Shown: positions 24,882 through 33,467 of the stretch, one piece after another
How positions within the stretch are numbered: the stretch's first letter is position 1
Layout: each line of letters starts with the position of its first letter
NCBI GenBank assembly: GCA_016178265.1
Contig: JACOTS010000052.1
Coordinates: 1 to 40,446 of the forward strand
Length of the DNA stretch: 40,446 nt
Direction: 5' to 3'
DNA from: Candidatus Melainabacteria bacterium
GTDB lineage: Bacteria > Cyanobacteriota > Vampirovibrionia > 2-02-FULL-35-15
Translations under genes and position numbers: made by a program
The notes under the pieces: model-generated
What the model was told of the DNA's origin: nothing
The model's input: the letters and a program-made list of their open reading frames with translations, nothing else
Database searches by the model: none

Positions 24882-25907
24882 ATGAAAAAGAAAGCTTGTT
24901 ATCCCTTAATACTTACTTTGCTACTGATATATTTAAGTTGCCTTACCGCTAGTGCAGAAATATTAGGCGGGTTAAATCAAAATGAGTTTACTATAAAGCT
25001 TTTTGGATGGCCTTTAAATTTAACGCCTGCATTAAATATAAAACTGTCATTTAGCGATCCAGGCGTGGCAACACTAAGTTCAGCTAGTCCTTCATTTGAA
25101 GCCAAAGGTACTAGTTTGCTTCTTTCTTCCTCTGACGTAAATAACAACACAATAAGCATTTTACGAACCGAAGAAATAATTCCAAATAATGAAATGAAAA
25201 TTAAAGTAAAAGTAGATCCAGGTTTAATTATGGGAGCAACTGAGATAACCATAGATAAAATTGAAGCGGCAGGTGGTTTTGATATAACTGATAGTATCAT
25301 TACTCAGATAGATCCCCCTCTAATTACAAATACAAAAGGAATTGTAATATCCGAACTAGGAAGTTTTACTCTTTTAGATCCAGGCAAACTAATTGCTCCA
25401 GGAGATGCTGCAATAGCATTTAAAATAGTAGATACACCAAATATAATTTCAGCAGAAGTAAATGGAAATCCAGTTGATTTTATAGGCAAAAACACTGGTA
25501 TAGCAATTGTTGATTTGCCAAAAGACAAAAGTAAAAGCATTTTATCCTTAACCGTTTATGCAAAAGGTAAATCAGATACAATGCACCTGGGAGATTTAAA
25601 AATTGACAAAGGAATTAGCATAGGCCTTCCTCCAAGAATAAGAAAAGCAATTGCAGTTAATGAGTCAGGAAATACTAAATTTAAGCTACTAGGTAGAAAA
25701 TTTGGAACCAAAAGATTTGGAAGAGATAATGTAGATATTGAGGTAATTCCTATAAATAAATCAACCACAAATGATCTTTTAAAAAAGCGCAGCTTTAAAG
25801 ACAGACTAACAAACAACAGTTGTATTCCTTATGGTAGCTATGTGAATATCTCCCATCCAGGAGGAACAAGTGCTAAAAAAATTGATGTTATTGGAAATTG
25901 CAATTAG
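24882..25907 (+). CDS. secreted hypothetical protein (beta-rich)
   Basis: The ATG at 24882 is preceded by GAGGAG (24871-24876). Signal peptide MKKKACYPLILTLLLIYLSCLTASA. The track start at 24816 is less likely. Confidence 0.55.
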   Translation: MKKKACYPLILTLLLIYLSCLTASAEILGGLNQNEFTIKLFGWPLNLTPALNIKLSFSDPGVATLSSASPSFEAKGTSLLLSSSDVNNNTISILRTEEIIPNNEMKIKVKVDPGLIMGATEITIDKIEAAGGFDITDSIITQIDPPLITNTKGIVISELGSFTLLDPGKLIAPGDAAIAFKIVDTPNIISAEVNGNPVDFIGKNTGIAIVDLPKDKSKSILSLTVYAKGKSDTMHLGDLKIDKGISIGLPPRIRKAIAVNESGNTKFKLLGRKFGTKRFGRDNVDIEVIPINKSTTNDLLKKRSFKDRLTNNSCIPYGSYVNISHPGGTSAKKIDVIGNCN

Positions 25908-27277
25908 CTGTTTACCCCTATCCCATTTCTTAATCTCCAGCTAGAAAAAAGTGCATTAAATGCTGTAAGTCCAATCCCCATAATCAAGGCATTTTTAAGT
26001 AAGCTGCTTAAATCCATCTTTTTTCTAGCTTTAATAGATCTAGTAAGCAGTTCGACAGAACCTTGATTGCCTGAAACTGTTGCACCTTCTAATTCTTTAT
26101 ATAACTTTTCTAAAGATTTTACTGTTTTCACTTGAGTTTTTTTATCATATTCAAGCAGTGATGTTCCAAGACTTTTATCCATCTTACTAGCTGACATATT
26201 CTTTATATAAGTATCACCCCACATTGCCATAGGAAACCAAATAGTAAGCCTAATAACATTTTCAATAAACTCGGTAACTGATCTGGATGCAAAGAAATAA
26301 CTAAATATCCCACCTGTCATATACATGCCAAATAAGTTACCTCTATTAGGAAACTTGCCATCTTGAATATCAAAAGTATCAATATTTTTTCTTATATAAT
26401 CGAGTATGGGATTGGTTTTTACATCAGATTTTTTTGCACTGGCTGATTTTTCTATTGCATTTGAAAACAAATGACTTCCGAACAAATACGATAAAATTGC
26501 TCCGCTAAACAAAAAGAATTTATTCTTTTCATAACTGCCCGAATTTCTTTCAACCTGACTTTCATCTAATACATTTAATTCTCCGGTAAATCCTGTTACA
26601 CCTAAAACACTTTTTGCAAACCAGTTTTTAAACCAATAAACAAGATTTGCAAAAAGTCCTGTTGTAAAAATATTTTTTCTAATTGCACTTGACTTAGCTT
26701 TTATCAATTTTTCCCTCAAGATACATAGTTTTGCATTGCCATCATCTAAACCAGCCAAATATTTCTCTATCTTCTCTTTACCTTCAAGCTTTTGAAGCTT
26801 GTCTCGAAAAGCATTAATATCCTTATCTATAAGCAAATCTTCAAATCCTATTTCATGAAGTCTTGAAAATTCACTTGGGAGATTATATTCCTTTGTAGCC
26901 ATATTATTCCAAAGAGGCATAAAGGCCGTGGGTACAACAAAAGTTGTAGCAATGTAGGGTATCATAACAGCACACATTTCTACCCCTCTTTGCCAGCCCC
27001 TAAGCAGAAACTCTATTCCAATAGTTGGTAAAGCAACTCCCAATAAATCGTTTCCCAGCCTATTTAAAACTGGATTTTCAATCATCTTGTCTAAAAGGGT
27101 AATTTTAGGAGGACTATTTGATTTTTTGATTAACGCACCTTGCTTAAGTACATTAGGTAAACTGAGTCCTGAGATTACAGAGGGTGATTCTTGAAGAACA
27201 GTGTTCATAGCATAAGCCTGCGCCATGTTAAGAGGACAAGAAAGAAATGGATTGACTTCAAATGTAATAAGCGACAT
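25904..27277 (-). CDS. hypothetical membrane protein (457 aa)
   Basis: Long ORF with several hydrophobic segments. No family recognised. Confidence 0.5.
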   Translation of the reverse strand: MSLITFEVNPFLSCPLNMAQAYAMNTVLQESPSVISGLSLPNVLKQGALIKKSNSPPKITLLDKMIENPVLNRLGNDLLGVALPTIGIEFLLRGWQRGVEMCAVMIPYIATTFVVPTAFMPLWNNMATKEYNLPSEFSRLHEIGFEDLLIDKDINAFRDKLQKLEGKEKIEKYLAGLDDGNAKLCILREKLIKAKSSAIRKNIFTTGLFANLVYWFKNWFAKSVLGVTGFTGELNVLDESQVERNSGSYEKNKFFLFSGAILSYLFGSHLFSNAIEKSASAKKSDVKTNPILDYIRKNIDTFDIQDGKFPNRGNLFGMYMTGGIFSYFFASRSVTEFIENVIRLTIWFPMAMWGDTYIKNMSASKMDKSLGTSLLEYDKKTQVKTVKSLEKLYKELEGATVSGNQGSVELLTRSIKARKKMDLSSLLKNALIMGIGLTAFNALFSSWRLRNGIGVNS

Positions 27278-27360
27278 AAACTGGAAGTTTTTATTTCATA
27301 TCATTATAAGCAAATTTTGAGATATAATAAATCTAATTATTAAAATCAAGCTTTTAAGCT

Positions 27361-28119
27361 ATGAGAATATCTTCTTTGCCAACTTATCTTTATAAGGCAA
27401 GCATGCCAAATCTTTGTCAAACAGACAAAAGAGCAAGGGTCTTGCGCGAAGATGGACTTAGTCTTTGTGGCCCTGTTACTGTATCAAATATTTTAATTTA
27501 CCTTGCAAAAACACATTTCCCACCTATTGTCCCAGAGTTTGGGAACTTAAGCGAGTTTGATGTCCAGCTTAACTTGATAGAAAAACTTGCAAAATATATG
27601 AAAACAGATACTGATGGGACAAATGATGCTGATCTCATCGAAGGACTTACCAAATATATCAGAGAACATGGTTACAAAACAGAAGTATTTCAAGAAGGTT
27701 TTGAAGGGCAAGAAAATTTTACCCCTGATGTAATTGGAGACCCAGCTAAAATTATGCCTTTTGCAATTGGAACATCTAATGCAATACTTAGTGTCAATTT
27801 TTGCAAGGTTGATCCTGAAACAAAGAGGTATGAACCTATAGATGAATGGCAGTATGTTAATCTTGCCGGATTTTCAAATTGTAGAGTCCCAAAATTAATA
27901 GTACACGATCCTTCCCCTGCAACAGAAAGAGAACCTAAAGAATGTGAATTATTTAAAATTGAAGATGGGACACTTCATAACTGGTATCCACCAAATGAGT
28001 TTGATGCAAAAGGGTTCTTAGAACTTGAAGGTATTGGCATTCATGAAGAGGACAAGAAAAAAGGTGCAAGTAAAATTGTTTTAGATAGTATTCTGGCATT
28101 TAAAGTTGAGCAAAAGTAA
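27361..28119 (+). CDS. papain-fold / C39-like cysteine peptidase homologue, paralogue 1 (putative His replaced by Gln)
   Basis: Q(20)...LCGPVTVSN (Cys) ... EWQYVNLAGFS ... IVHDP. Clearly similar to the next ORF along most of its length. Confidence 0.45.
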   Translation: MRISSLPTYLYKASMPNLCQTDKRARVLREDGLSLCGPVTVSNILIYLAKTHFPPIVPEFGNLSEFDVQLNLIEKLAKYMKTDTDGTNDADLIEGLTKYIREHGYKTEVFQEGFEGQENFTPDVIGDPAKIMPFAIGTSNAILSVNFCKVDPETKRYEPIDEWQYVNLAGFSNCRVPKLIVHDPSPATEREPKECELFKIEDGTLHNWYPPNEFDAKGFLELEGIGIHEEDKKKGASKIVLDSILAFKVEQK

Positions 28120-28130
28120 GGATTTAGGAT

Positions 28131-28865
28131 ATGAGAGCTGTTTCTTTACCACCCTATCTCTACAAATCTACTATGCCAAACATCTATCAAAGGGATAAGC
28201 AAAGTAAGATCTTAAGAGAAAATGGGAGTAGATGGTGTGGTCCAGCAGCAATCTCAAACACTTTAGTTTATCTAGCAAAAAGATATTTCCAGATGCTAGT
28301 ACCTCCAATAGGAAATATGAGTGAATTAGAGGCACAAGCAAAGCTTATAGAGACATTAGCTACGCATATGAAAACAAATGATGAAGTAGGTACAGATCCA
28401 ATTAATCTAGTAGAAGGATTAGAAAAATATGTAAGAGAGCGTGGTTACAAAATAAAAGCAAAGTGGAGAGGAAACCCTAAAGCAAGAGAGGAAAATCTCC
28501 CAACTCCTATGTGGATAATGAATGGCATTATAGGGACTTCCAATGCAGTGTTAAATATTGGAGGGTATGAATTCAATCAAAAAAGAGGGGAATACAGAAG
28601 GCTAGATGGCCACTATTTAACGGTAGCTGGTTTTAGTTTAGCCAATAGCAAGTTAATTACTCACGATACAGCACGAGGTGGCAAAAGAGGTATAAAGGAT
28701 TGTACCCTGGAAAAAATTGACGGTGATAATTTCGCAAAAGACCATGAAATTTCAGCTCAGCCTGCCGAAGGATTCTATAAATTACATAGCATATATCTAC
28801 CAAATACAAAAATGGACTTTGCAATAATTGATGGTGCGGTTGTATTTGAAGTTGCAAAAAAGTAA
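28131..28865 (+). CDS. papain-fold / C39-like cysteine peptidase homologue, paralogue 2 (Gln-Cys-His-Asp order intact)
   Basis: YQRDKQ...WCGPAAISN ... DGHYLTVAGFS ... ITHD. The order matches the papain-like Q/C/H/D(N) arrangement. No signal peptide. Confidence 0.45.
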   Translation: MRAVSLPPYLYKSTMPNIYQRDKQSKILRENGSRWCGPAAISNTLVYLAKRYFQMLVPPIGNMSELEAQAKLIETLATHMKTNDEVGTDPINLVEGLEKYVRERGYKIKAKWRGNPKAREENLPTPMWIMNGIIGTSNAVLNIGGYEFNQKRGEYRRLDGHYLTVAGFSLANSKLITHDTARGGKRGIKDCTLEKIDGDNFAKDHEISAQPAEGFYKLHSIYLPNTKMDFAIIDGAVVFEVAKK

Positions 28866-28922
28866 CTACCTAAAAGGGGCTTATTAATAGACCACGCTAT
28901 AATAAATCTTGCTAGTCTTATC

Positions 28923-28953
28923 CTCTGATCTCTGATTCTCTGATTCTCTGAAA
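28923..28953 (+). repeat. tandem 7-8-nt repeats (CTCTGAT(T))x4 abutting the tRNA 5' end
   Basis: CTCTGAT CTCTGATT CTCTGATT CTCTGAAA, ending 1 nt before the tRNA-Arg. The same CTGATTC word occurs in the cassette tails at 12973-12979, 13055-13061 and 14413-14419. Confidence 0.8.
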
Positions 28954-28954
28954 C

Positions 28955-29029
28955 GGGCCCTTACCTCAGCCTGGATAGAGGACATGGCTACGAACCATGG
29001 CGTCAGGAGTTCAAATCTCCTAGGGCCCT
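28955..29029 (+). tRNA. tRNA-Arg (anticodon ACG)
   Basis: Manual cloverleaf: acceptor GGGCCCT/AGGGCCC, D stem CCTC/GAGG, anticodon stem CATGG/CCATG with loop CTACGAA, T arm AGGAG-TTCAAAT-CTCCT. No encoded CCA. Confidence 0.9.
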
Positions 29030-29030
29030 A

Positions 29031-29159
29031 ACTTAAATAGCCCAGCAAGCAAAGGATTTTCTGTTAAGTGAAAATCCGGAGCGTCGAAAATTAATATAGA
29101 CCATACCAGATAATGCAAAGTTGGTTTTAGTCTCTGCTAAAACCAGCGGTTATAAAAGC
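29031..29159 (+). repeat. 129-bp insert built of cassette-like modules between the tRNA and its duplicated 3' half
   Basis: Hairpin 29054-29077 followed by GGAGCGTCGAAAA (compare the cassette linker GCGTCGAGAAA). Hairpin 29122-29145 followed by GCGGTTATAAAAG (compare the cassette 3' end GAGCGGTAAAAG). Confidence 0.6.
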
Positions 29160-29208
29160 ACATGGCTACGAACCATGGCGTCAGGAGTTCAAATCTCCTA
29201 GGGCCCTA
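29160..29208 (+). repeat. exact 49-nt duplicate of the tRNA-Arg(ACG) 3' half (matches 28982-29030)
   Basis: Base-by-base identity from the anticodon stem through the acceptor end plus 2 nt. It ends 1 nt before the stop codon of the convergent gene. Confidence 0.9.
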
Positions 29209-29209
29209 T

Positions 29210-30619
29210 TTAATCTGCGGTACCGTTAATGAAGACCTGTGCTTTCTCAAAAACAAGCTTGCCAACTTTTCTTCCAAGTTTTTGACCTTGTATATCAGCA
29301 TCTCTAAAGTGAATGCCCCCAAGCCTACGTGAAAAGCCTGCTTCTTTAGCAGCCTCAGAGAAAGTTTTCCAATATATAACTACATCTTTTTTAGGGGTAC
29401 CTTCTTCAATTGTTGATGAACCTGCTTCAACAATCACTGATTCACCAAACTTATTGCTTCCGGTAAAAAGTTTTAATACCTCTGCACTGGCAGCACTGAT
29501 AGTACTGTGGGCTGATACATATTCAGGAAAGGGAGGGGTAAAAATATAAGGTTCAAAGTCACCAGCATTAATTTTTCTTGTGCCTTTGCCAGGACCACCC
29601 CATGCTTTAATTTTTTTCCCGCTAAATAGAAATTGAATTGCAGTTATAGGGCGCACATAATCATAAAATCTTTTTGCATCCCAAGAAGCTATGCTTGCAT
29701 CATGCATTGCATTGGTTAGAATAAAAAACATCTTTACATCTTCATCCAGCCCATTATTATCCCTTCTTGAAACCTCTTGAGCTAAAAAACTCCAATTGCT
29801 ATTAAGATCACCACTATCAAAAACACTAGCCCAATACTCAGCAATTGCTTTTTGTTTATCGGTTAATCTTGCACTAAGTTTAATTATTTGAATCGCTTGT
29901 TTTTTATATGCTTTACTTGGAAACTCTGCGGGGACTTTTGGTCTAAACTGAGAGGCGGTCTCAAGTGCAAATGGTGTTACCATATCCCAATGTGGAACTA
30001 AAAACTTCTGAACAGTATCACCCGCTAGTGTAAGAGGTTGCCAGCGGTTTGGATCAGTCAGCTCTTCAGGACTATTCACAGGCTCATAACCAGTATAGTC
30101 AGTATAAGGACCTTCATTTAAGTCCCCTAATTGATTTGATCCATCTATGTGTCTAAGCTCTAATAATTCTTCAGCAACGCCGTTGCCTATCCCAGAGGGG
30201 GTTGTGACATCAAGAGAGGTATGAGCCACATCAAAACCAAGCTCATTCATTAAGTCATCAAATATATCTTTCTGTGATGGCAACAAGTCTAAAAGCGTTC
30301 TATATGCAGCAAAACTAATTGCTTCTTCCTTATTTTGAATTGTATGCTCGGAAGCAGGTCTTCTTAAACTACTTCCAAAAGTAGTAGATACAGCTATAGG
30401 ATCATATGCTGACCAGGCATCATAAATCCCTGTGTGTACTATTGCCAAGACACGATTTAAGACAGGAGCAGAAATACTTACGTTGCTAATTGCAAGAAGT
30501 GTAGCTTGATTCCACCTCAAAACCACATTACCAACTTCCTGTGTTCTGGCAACTGGAAAACTAAGTAAAAAAATTGCTGTTAAAAATGGCACTAAGCACA
30601 AAATCTTTTTAAATCTCAT
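29210..30619 (-). CDS. secreted vanadium-dependent haloperoxidase / PAP2-superfamily protein
   Basis: Signal peptide. C-terminal PAP2/haloperoxidase motifs (PEYVSAHS ... SRRLGGIHFRDAD). Confidence 0.7.
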   Translation of the reverse strand: MRFKKILCLVPFLTAIFLLSFPVARTQEVGNVVLRWNQATLLAISNVSISAPVLNRVLAIVHTGIYDAWSAYDPIAVSTTFGSSLRRPASEHTIQNKEEAISFAAYRTLLDLLPSQKDIFDDLMNELGFDVAHTSLDVTTPSGIGNGVAEELLELRHIDGSNQLGDLNEGPYTDYTGYEPVNSPEELTDPNRWQPLTLAGDTVQKFLVPHWDMVTPFALETASQFRPKVPAEFPSKAYKKQAIQIIKLSARLTDKQKAIAEYWASVFDSGDLNSNWSFLAQEVSRRDNNGLDEDVKMFFILTNAMHDASIASWDAKRFYDYVRPITAIQFLFSGKKIKAWGGPGKGTRKINAGDFEPYIFTPPFPEYVSAHSTISAASAEVLKLFTGSNKFGESVIVEAGSSTIEEGTPKKDVVIYWKTFSEAAKEAGFSRRLGGIHFRDADIQGQKLGRKVGKLVFEKAQVFINGTAD

Positions 30620-30788
30620 TGAAAGCCTCCAATACTAATTTTGTCAGCAAATTATAATATTTGGCTACTAGGAGCTTCAAAGCTTAAGAATTTTTAATCT
30701 CAAGCTTAGGTAAGAGCAGTTTATGTGCAAGTGAACTGGTGATAGGTAGAAACGAAAAATCAGATTGTTAAACGATTGTTATTTTTTA

Positions 30789-30817
30789 TTGGTATCTGGA
30801 CTCATGCTCTGTATAAT
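30789..30817 (+). promoter_or_regulatory. sigma70-like promoter candidate (TTGGTA-N17-TATAAT)
   Basis: Hexamers at 30789-30794 and 30812-30817 with a 17-nt spacer, about 105 nt upstream of the 30922 ORF. Confidence 0.4.
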
Positions 30818-30921
30818 TTCATGAAAGAAAGAAAGCCTACAAACATGCAACCTTTCTCATAGATGAGGAACCCATAAGAATTAATAGTATTGCTTCAGTA
30901 GAAGAATATTATCCACTAAGG

Positions 30922-31995
30922 ATGACCCTTGGTGGAAATCTTGTATACCAACAAAACAGCAACAAAGAATTTATTGAAAAAGTTCACGAATCAATTGGCA
31001 ATAAAAACCACGAGTACTACAAAAAAGAAATAAACAGTCTTCACGGCCCTGCAGGAGTTGCAGGACTCTATGATGTTTTTTCTACTGGACTTATGTGGTA
31101 CTTTGCACCAAGTGCTGCACCAACAACAAATTTTCTTGTAGCACTTGCAGATTATTTACAAGTGCATATTGCAAGAACAAAACTATTTGGGGATCCTAAC
31201 GTTGATTCAGAAAGTGGCCAAATTGCAAAACAAAGAAGAGTTGGTGCAATGGCTTGGACACAGGTACTTGCAGGAGCAGGCGGAATAGGAAGTTTTGTAA
31301 CAGAAGCAATTTTTGGTGAGAATGACGATAATGGTTTATCAACAAGTAAAAAATCATTTCTTAGCTTATCATCACTTGTTGCTGCATTTACCATGCTTAC
31401 AACTTACTCTGAAAAAATGCTTGTTGCAACAACAAGCAAAGGAAAAAAAGTAGGAAATGAAATCAAAGGCATAGTACTTGACGCAAATAATGATATAAGA
31501 GCATCTCTTGAATATGTTGCAATGGCTATTTATCCATGGGTAACAAGCATTAAGTCCATTAAAAAAGCAATAGATTTAGCAGTACCAATACTTGCTATAA
31601 GAGATGGACTAGGAAATTTTATAAGTGATGGAATAAGCACTGTTTTTACAAATAAACCAAACATACAATTCCCAGAAAAATTAGGCAACTTCTTAAAATA
31701 TGCTTTGTTTATATTTACTAACGGAAAAAATGGCAAGAGACCTTTTTCTCATGTTTCTTTACCGAAGCCTTTAGCACAATCTTGGTTTTTAGGGGAAGGA
31801 AATTTTAGAGACAGATATTTAGTGCCTATTTTTAGAACTCTTGGCTGTAAAACCATTCCTAAAGTAAACATGGAAGGTGAAAATGGAAGCAGGGCACTTG
31901 TTGTAAAGTACCCAATAGGTGAGTTACCAAGTGAATATGAAATAGACAATCCTAAGATCCTAAAATTTGAGGATCGTTTGGTTGCAGCATTGTAG
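30922..31995 (+). CDS. hypothetical membrane-associated protein (357 aa)
   Basis: Track ORF with hydrophobic segments. No family recognised. Confidence 0.45.
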   Translation: MTLGGNLVYQQNSNKEFIEKVHESIGNKNHEYYKKEINSLHGPAGVAGLYDVFSTGLMWYFAPSAAPTTNFLVALADYLQVHIARTKLFGDPNVDSESGQIAKQRRVGAMAWTQVLAGAGGIGSFVTEAIFGENDDNGLSTSKKSFLSLSSLVAAFTMLTTYSEKMLVATTSKGKKVGNEIKGIVLDANNDIRASLEYVAMAIYPWVTSIKSIKKAIDLAVPILAIRDGLGNFISDGISTVFTNKPNIQFPEKLGNFLKYALFIFTNGKNGKRPFSHVSLPKPLAQSWFLGEGNFRDRYLVPIFRTLGCKTIPKVNMEGENGSRALVVKYPIGELPSEYEIDNPKILKFEDRLVAAL

Positions 31996-32050
31996 ACTAT
32001 AATTATTTAAGTCTTCAAAATACATACACGTTATAATTTAACCTGTGCAA

Positions 32051-32124
32051 GGGCCTTTAGCTCAATTGGATAGAGCGTCTCGCTTCGAACGAGTAGGTTG
32101 CGGGTTCGAGTCCTGCAAGGCCCG
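32051..32124 (+). tRNA. tRNA-Arg (anticodon TCG)
   Basis: Manual cloverleaf: acceptor GGGCCTT/AAGGCCC, D stem GCTC/GAGC, anticodon loop CTTCGAA, T arm GCGGG-TTCGAGT-CCTGC. There is one U-U at 27:43. Confidence 0.85.
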
Positions 32125-32128
32125 TGGT

Positions 32129-32740
32129 TTATTGTATTGGGCTATCATTAGGAGTAGCAATAAAAGGAAAGCCATAAGACTGAACTATTCCTGCAGAATC
32201 TTTGTAAATAGTTGAACAGCCCCCTTGAAATATAGAATTTGTATCAATTCCGCCAATACAGTTAAAGGAGTATAGCTGCTTGTCAATTTCATAAGGCAGG
32301 TTAAAGTTCACCACATCATAAATTAAAAAACCAACATTGTTTTTTGCCACAATTTGAAAGTTCTTGTATCTTACCTCATAAGAAAATGCCCCTGTATAAT
32401 CATCATTTTTTGAGATATTAAGTTTGAATATTACATCCTGACTGCCCTCAACCGTTCCTACAAAGGTATATCTTTGTTTCAACAAAGGATTAAATGAGTC
32501 AGTTCTAATACATGCAAGTGATGCAGTGGGACAATTAACCTCAGGACAGCTTGGGCAAACAGAATCAATCTCTAGCTTTTCCAATGCCCTTTCTTCACAT
32601 GTAGTACATAGATTCTTAAGAGTTCTTATTGAGCAAGCTGCAAGTGCATTATCAGAAGTAGTAAATATTTCTGCTGATATCAAGAATAAAACTAAAAGAA
32701 GTATAAATCTAAGTTTGTTATTTATGAAACTGGCAAACAT
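32129..32740 (-). CDS. secreted Cys-rich hypothetical protein (203 aa)
   Basis: Signal peptide, an N-terminal Cys cluster (CSIRTLKNLCTTCEE...CPSCPEVNCP...C), then a beta-rich domain. No family recognised. Confidence 0.5.
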   Translation of the reverse strand: MFASFINNKLRFILLLVLFLISAEIFTTSDNALAACSIRTLKNLCTTCEERALEKLEIDSVCPSCPEVNCPTASLACIRTDSFNPLLKQRYTFVGTVEGSQDVIFKLNISKNDDYTGAFSYEVRYKNFQIVAKNNVGFLIYDVVNFNLPYEIDKQLYSFNCIGGIDTNSIFQGGCSTIYKDSAGIVQSYGFPFIATPNDSPIQ

Positions 32741-32889
32741 AAGAAAAAATTATAAAACTTGGTATTCAAAGAAGAGAATCAATTAATAAATTCTTTAAAT
32801 TTGAATTGATATGATACTTACTCAATTAAGAACTCATAAACTAGTAAGCCATAATTAAATTTAGCTGGATTTATCCTTAAAACTAGCAC

Positions 32890-33339
32890 TTAAGCGGCTT
32901 GAAGCTTATTTAACTCTTCTAAAACTGGAATTGAGTTATTCTCTGGCATATCTTCATCCTCTTCAAGAAACTCATTATCATCCCCAGCAGGATCTTCCTC
33001 ATAATCCACAGCATTTACAATTTCTTCTATTTTACGCCCTTCTTCTTCCTCTTCTTCAGTTTCTATATCATCAGTTTCTGCAAAATCATCACAGGTTTCC
33101 ACATCATCAAAGTCTACCTCTCCTGTTTCTTGTAAAAAAGCTCCTTCTTCTAAAATCTCAGGATTTGTTTCAGCATATTCCACCAAAACAGTAGGGGCTT
33201 CTAGATAGTTAGTTATAGCTTCTGGAGTTATGGATTCTGGAGGTGGAAGATTTTCTACAAACCGCTCCGGTTTTACATTATTTTCCCTATTAACAGTAAT
33301 TGAGCTTACTTTAAAGCCCGAAAGGGAATCAATCCTCAA
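32890..33339 (-). CDS. highly acidic hypothetical protein (149 aa)
   Basis: Track ORF with Glu/Asp-rich low complexity (ETDDIETEEEEEEG). Coding status is plausible but unsupported by homology. Confidence 0.4.
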   Translation of the reverse strand: MRIDSLSGFKVSSITVNRENNVKPERFVENLPPPESITPEAITNYLEAPTVLVEYAETNPEILEEGAFLQETGEVDFDDVETCDDFAETDDIETEEEEEEGRKIEEIVNAVDYEEDPAGDDNEFLEEDEDMPENNSIPVLEELNKLQAA

Positions 33340-33467
33340 GTTATGTTTTATCCTTCTTCATTTTTACTTCCAACCAATTACAGATATATTTTATCTCAAG
33401 TAAGTTTAGCTTTCAATAAATGAAAGTTGAAATAATAATTTTTTGTTATATGACAAAGTTGCTATTT

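Noticed and set aside
30821-30862. 13-codon upstream ORF (MKERKPTNMQPFS) after the TATAAT at 30812
   Set aside because: Its ATG would lie at or upstream of the predicted TSS and it has no RBS. No support for translation.
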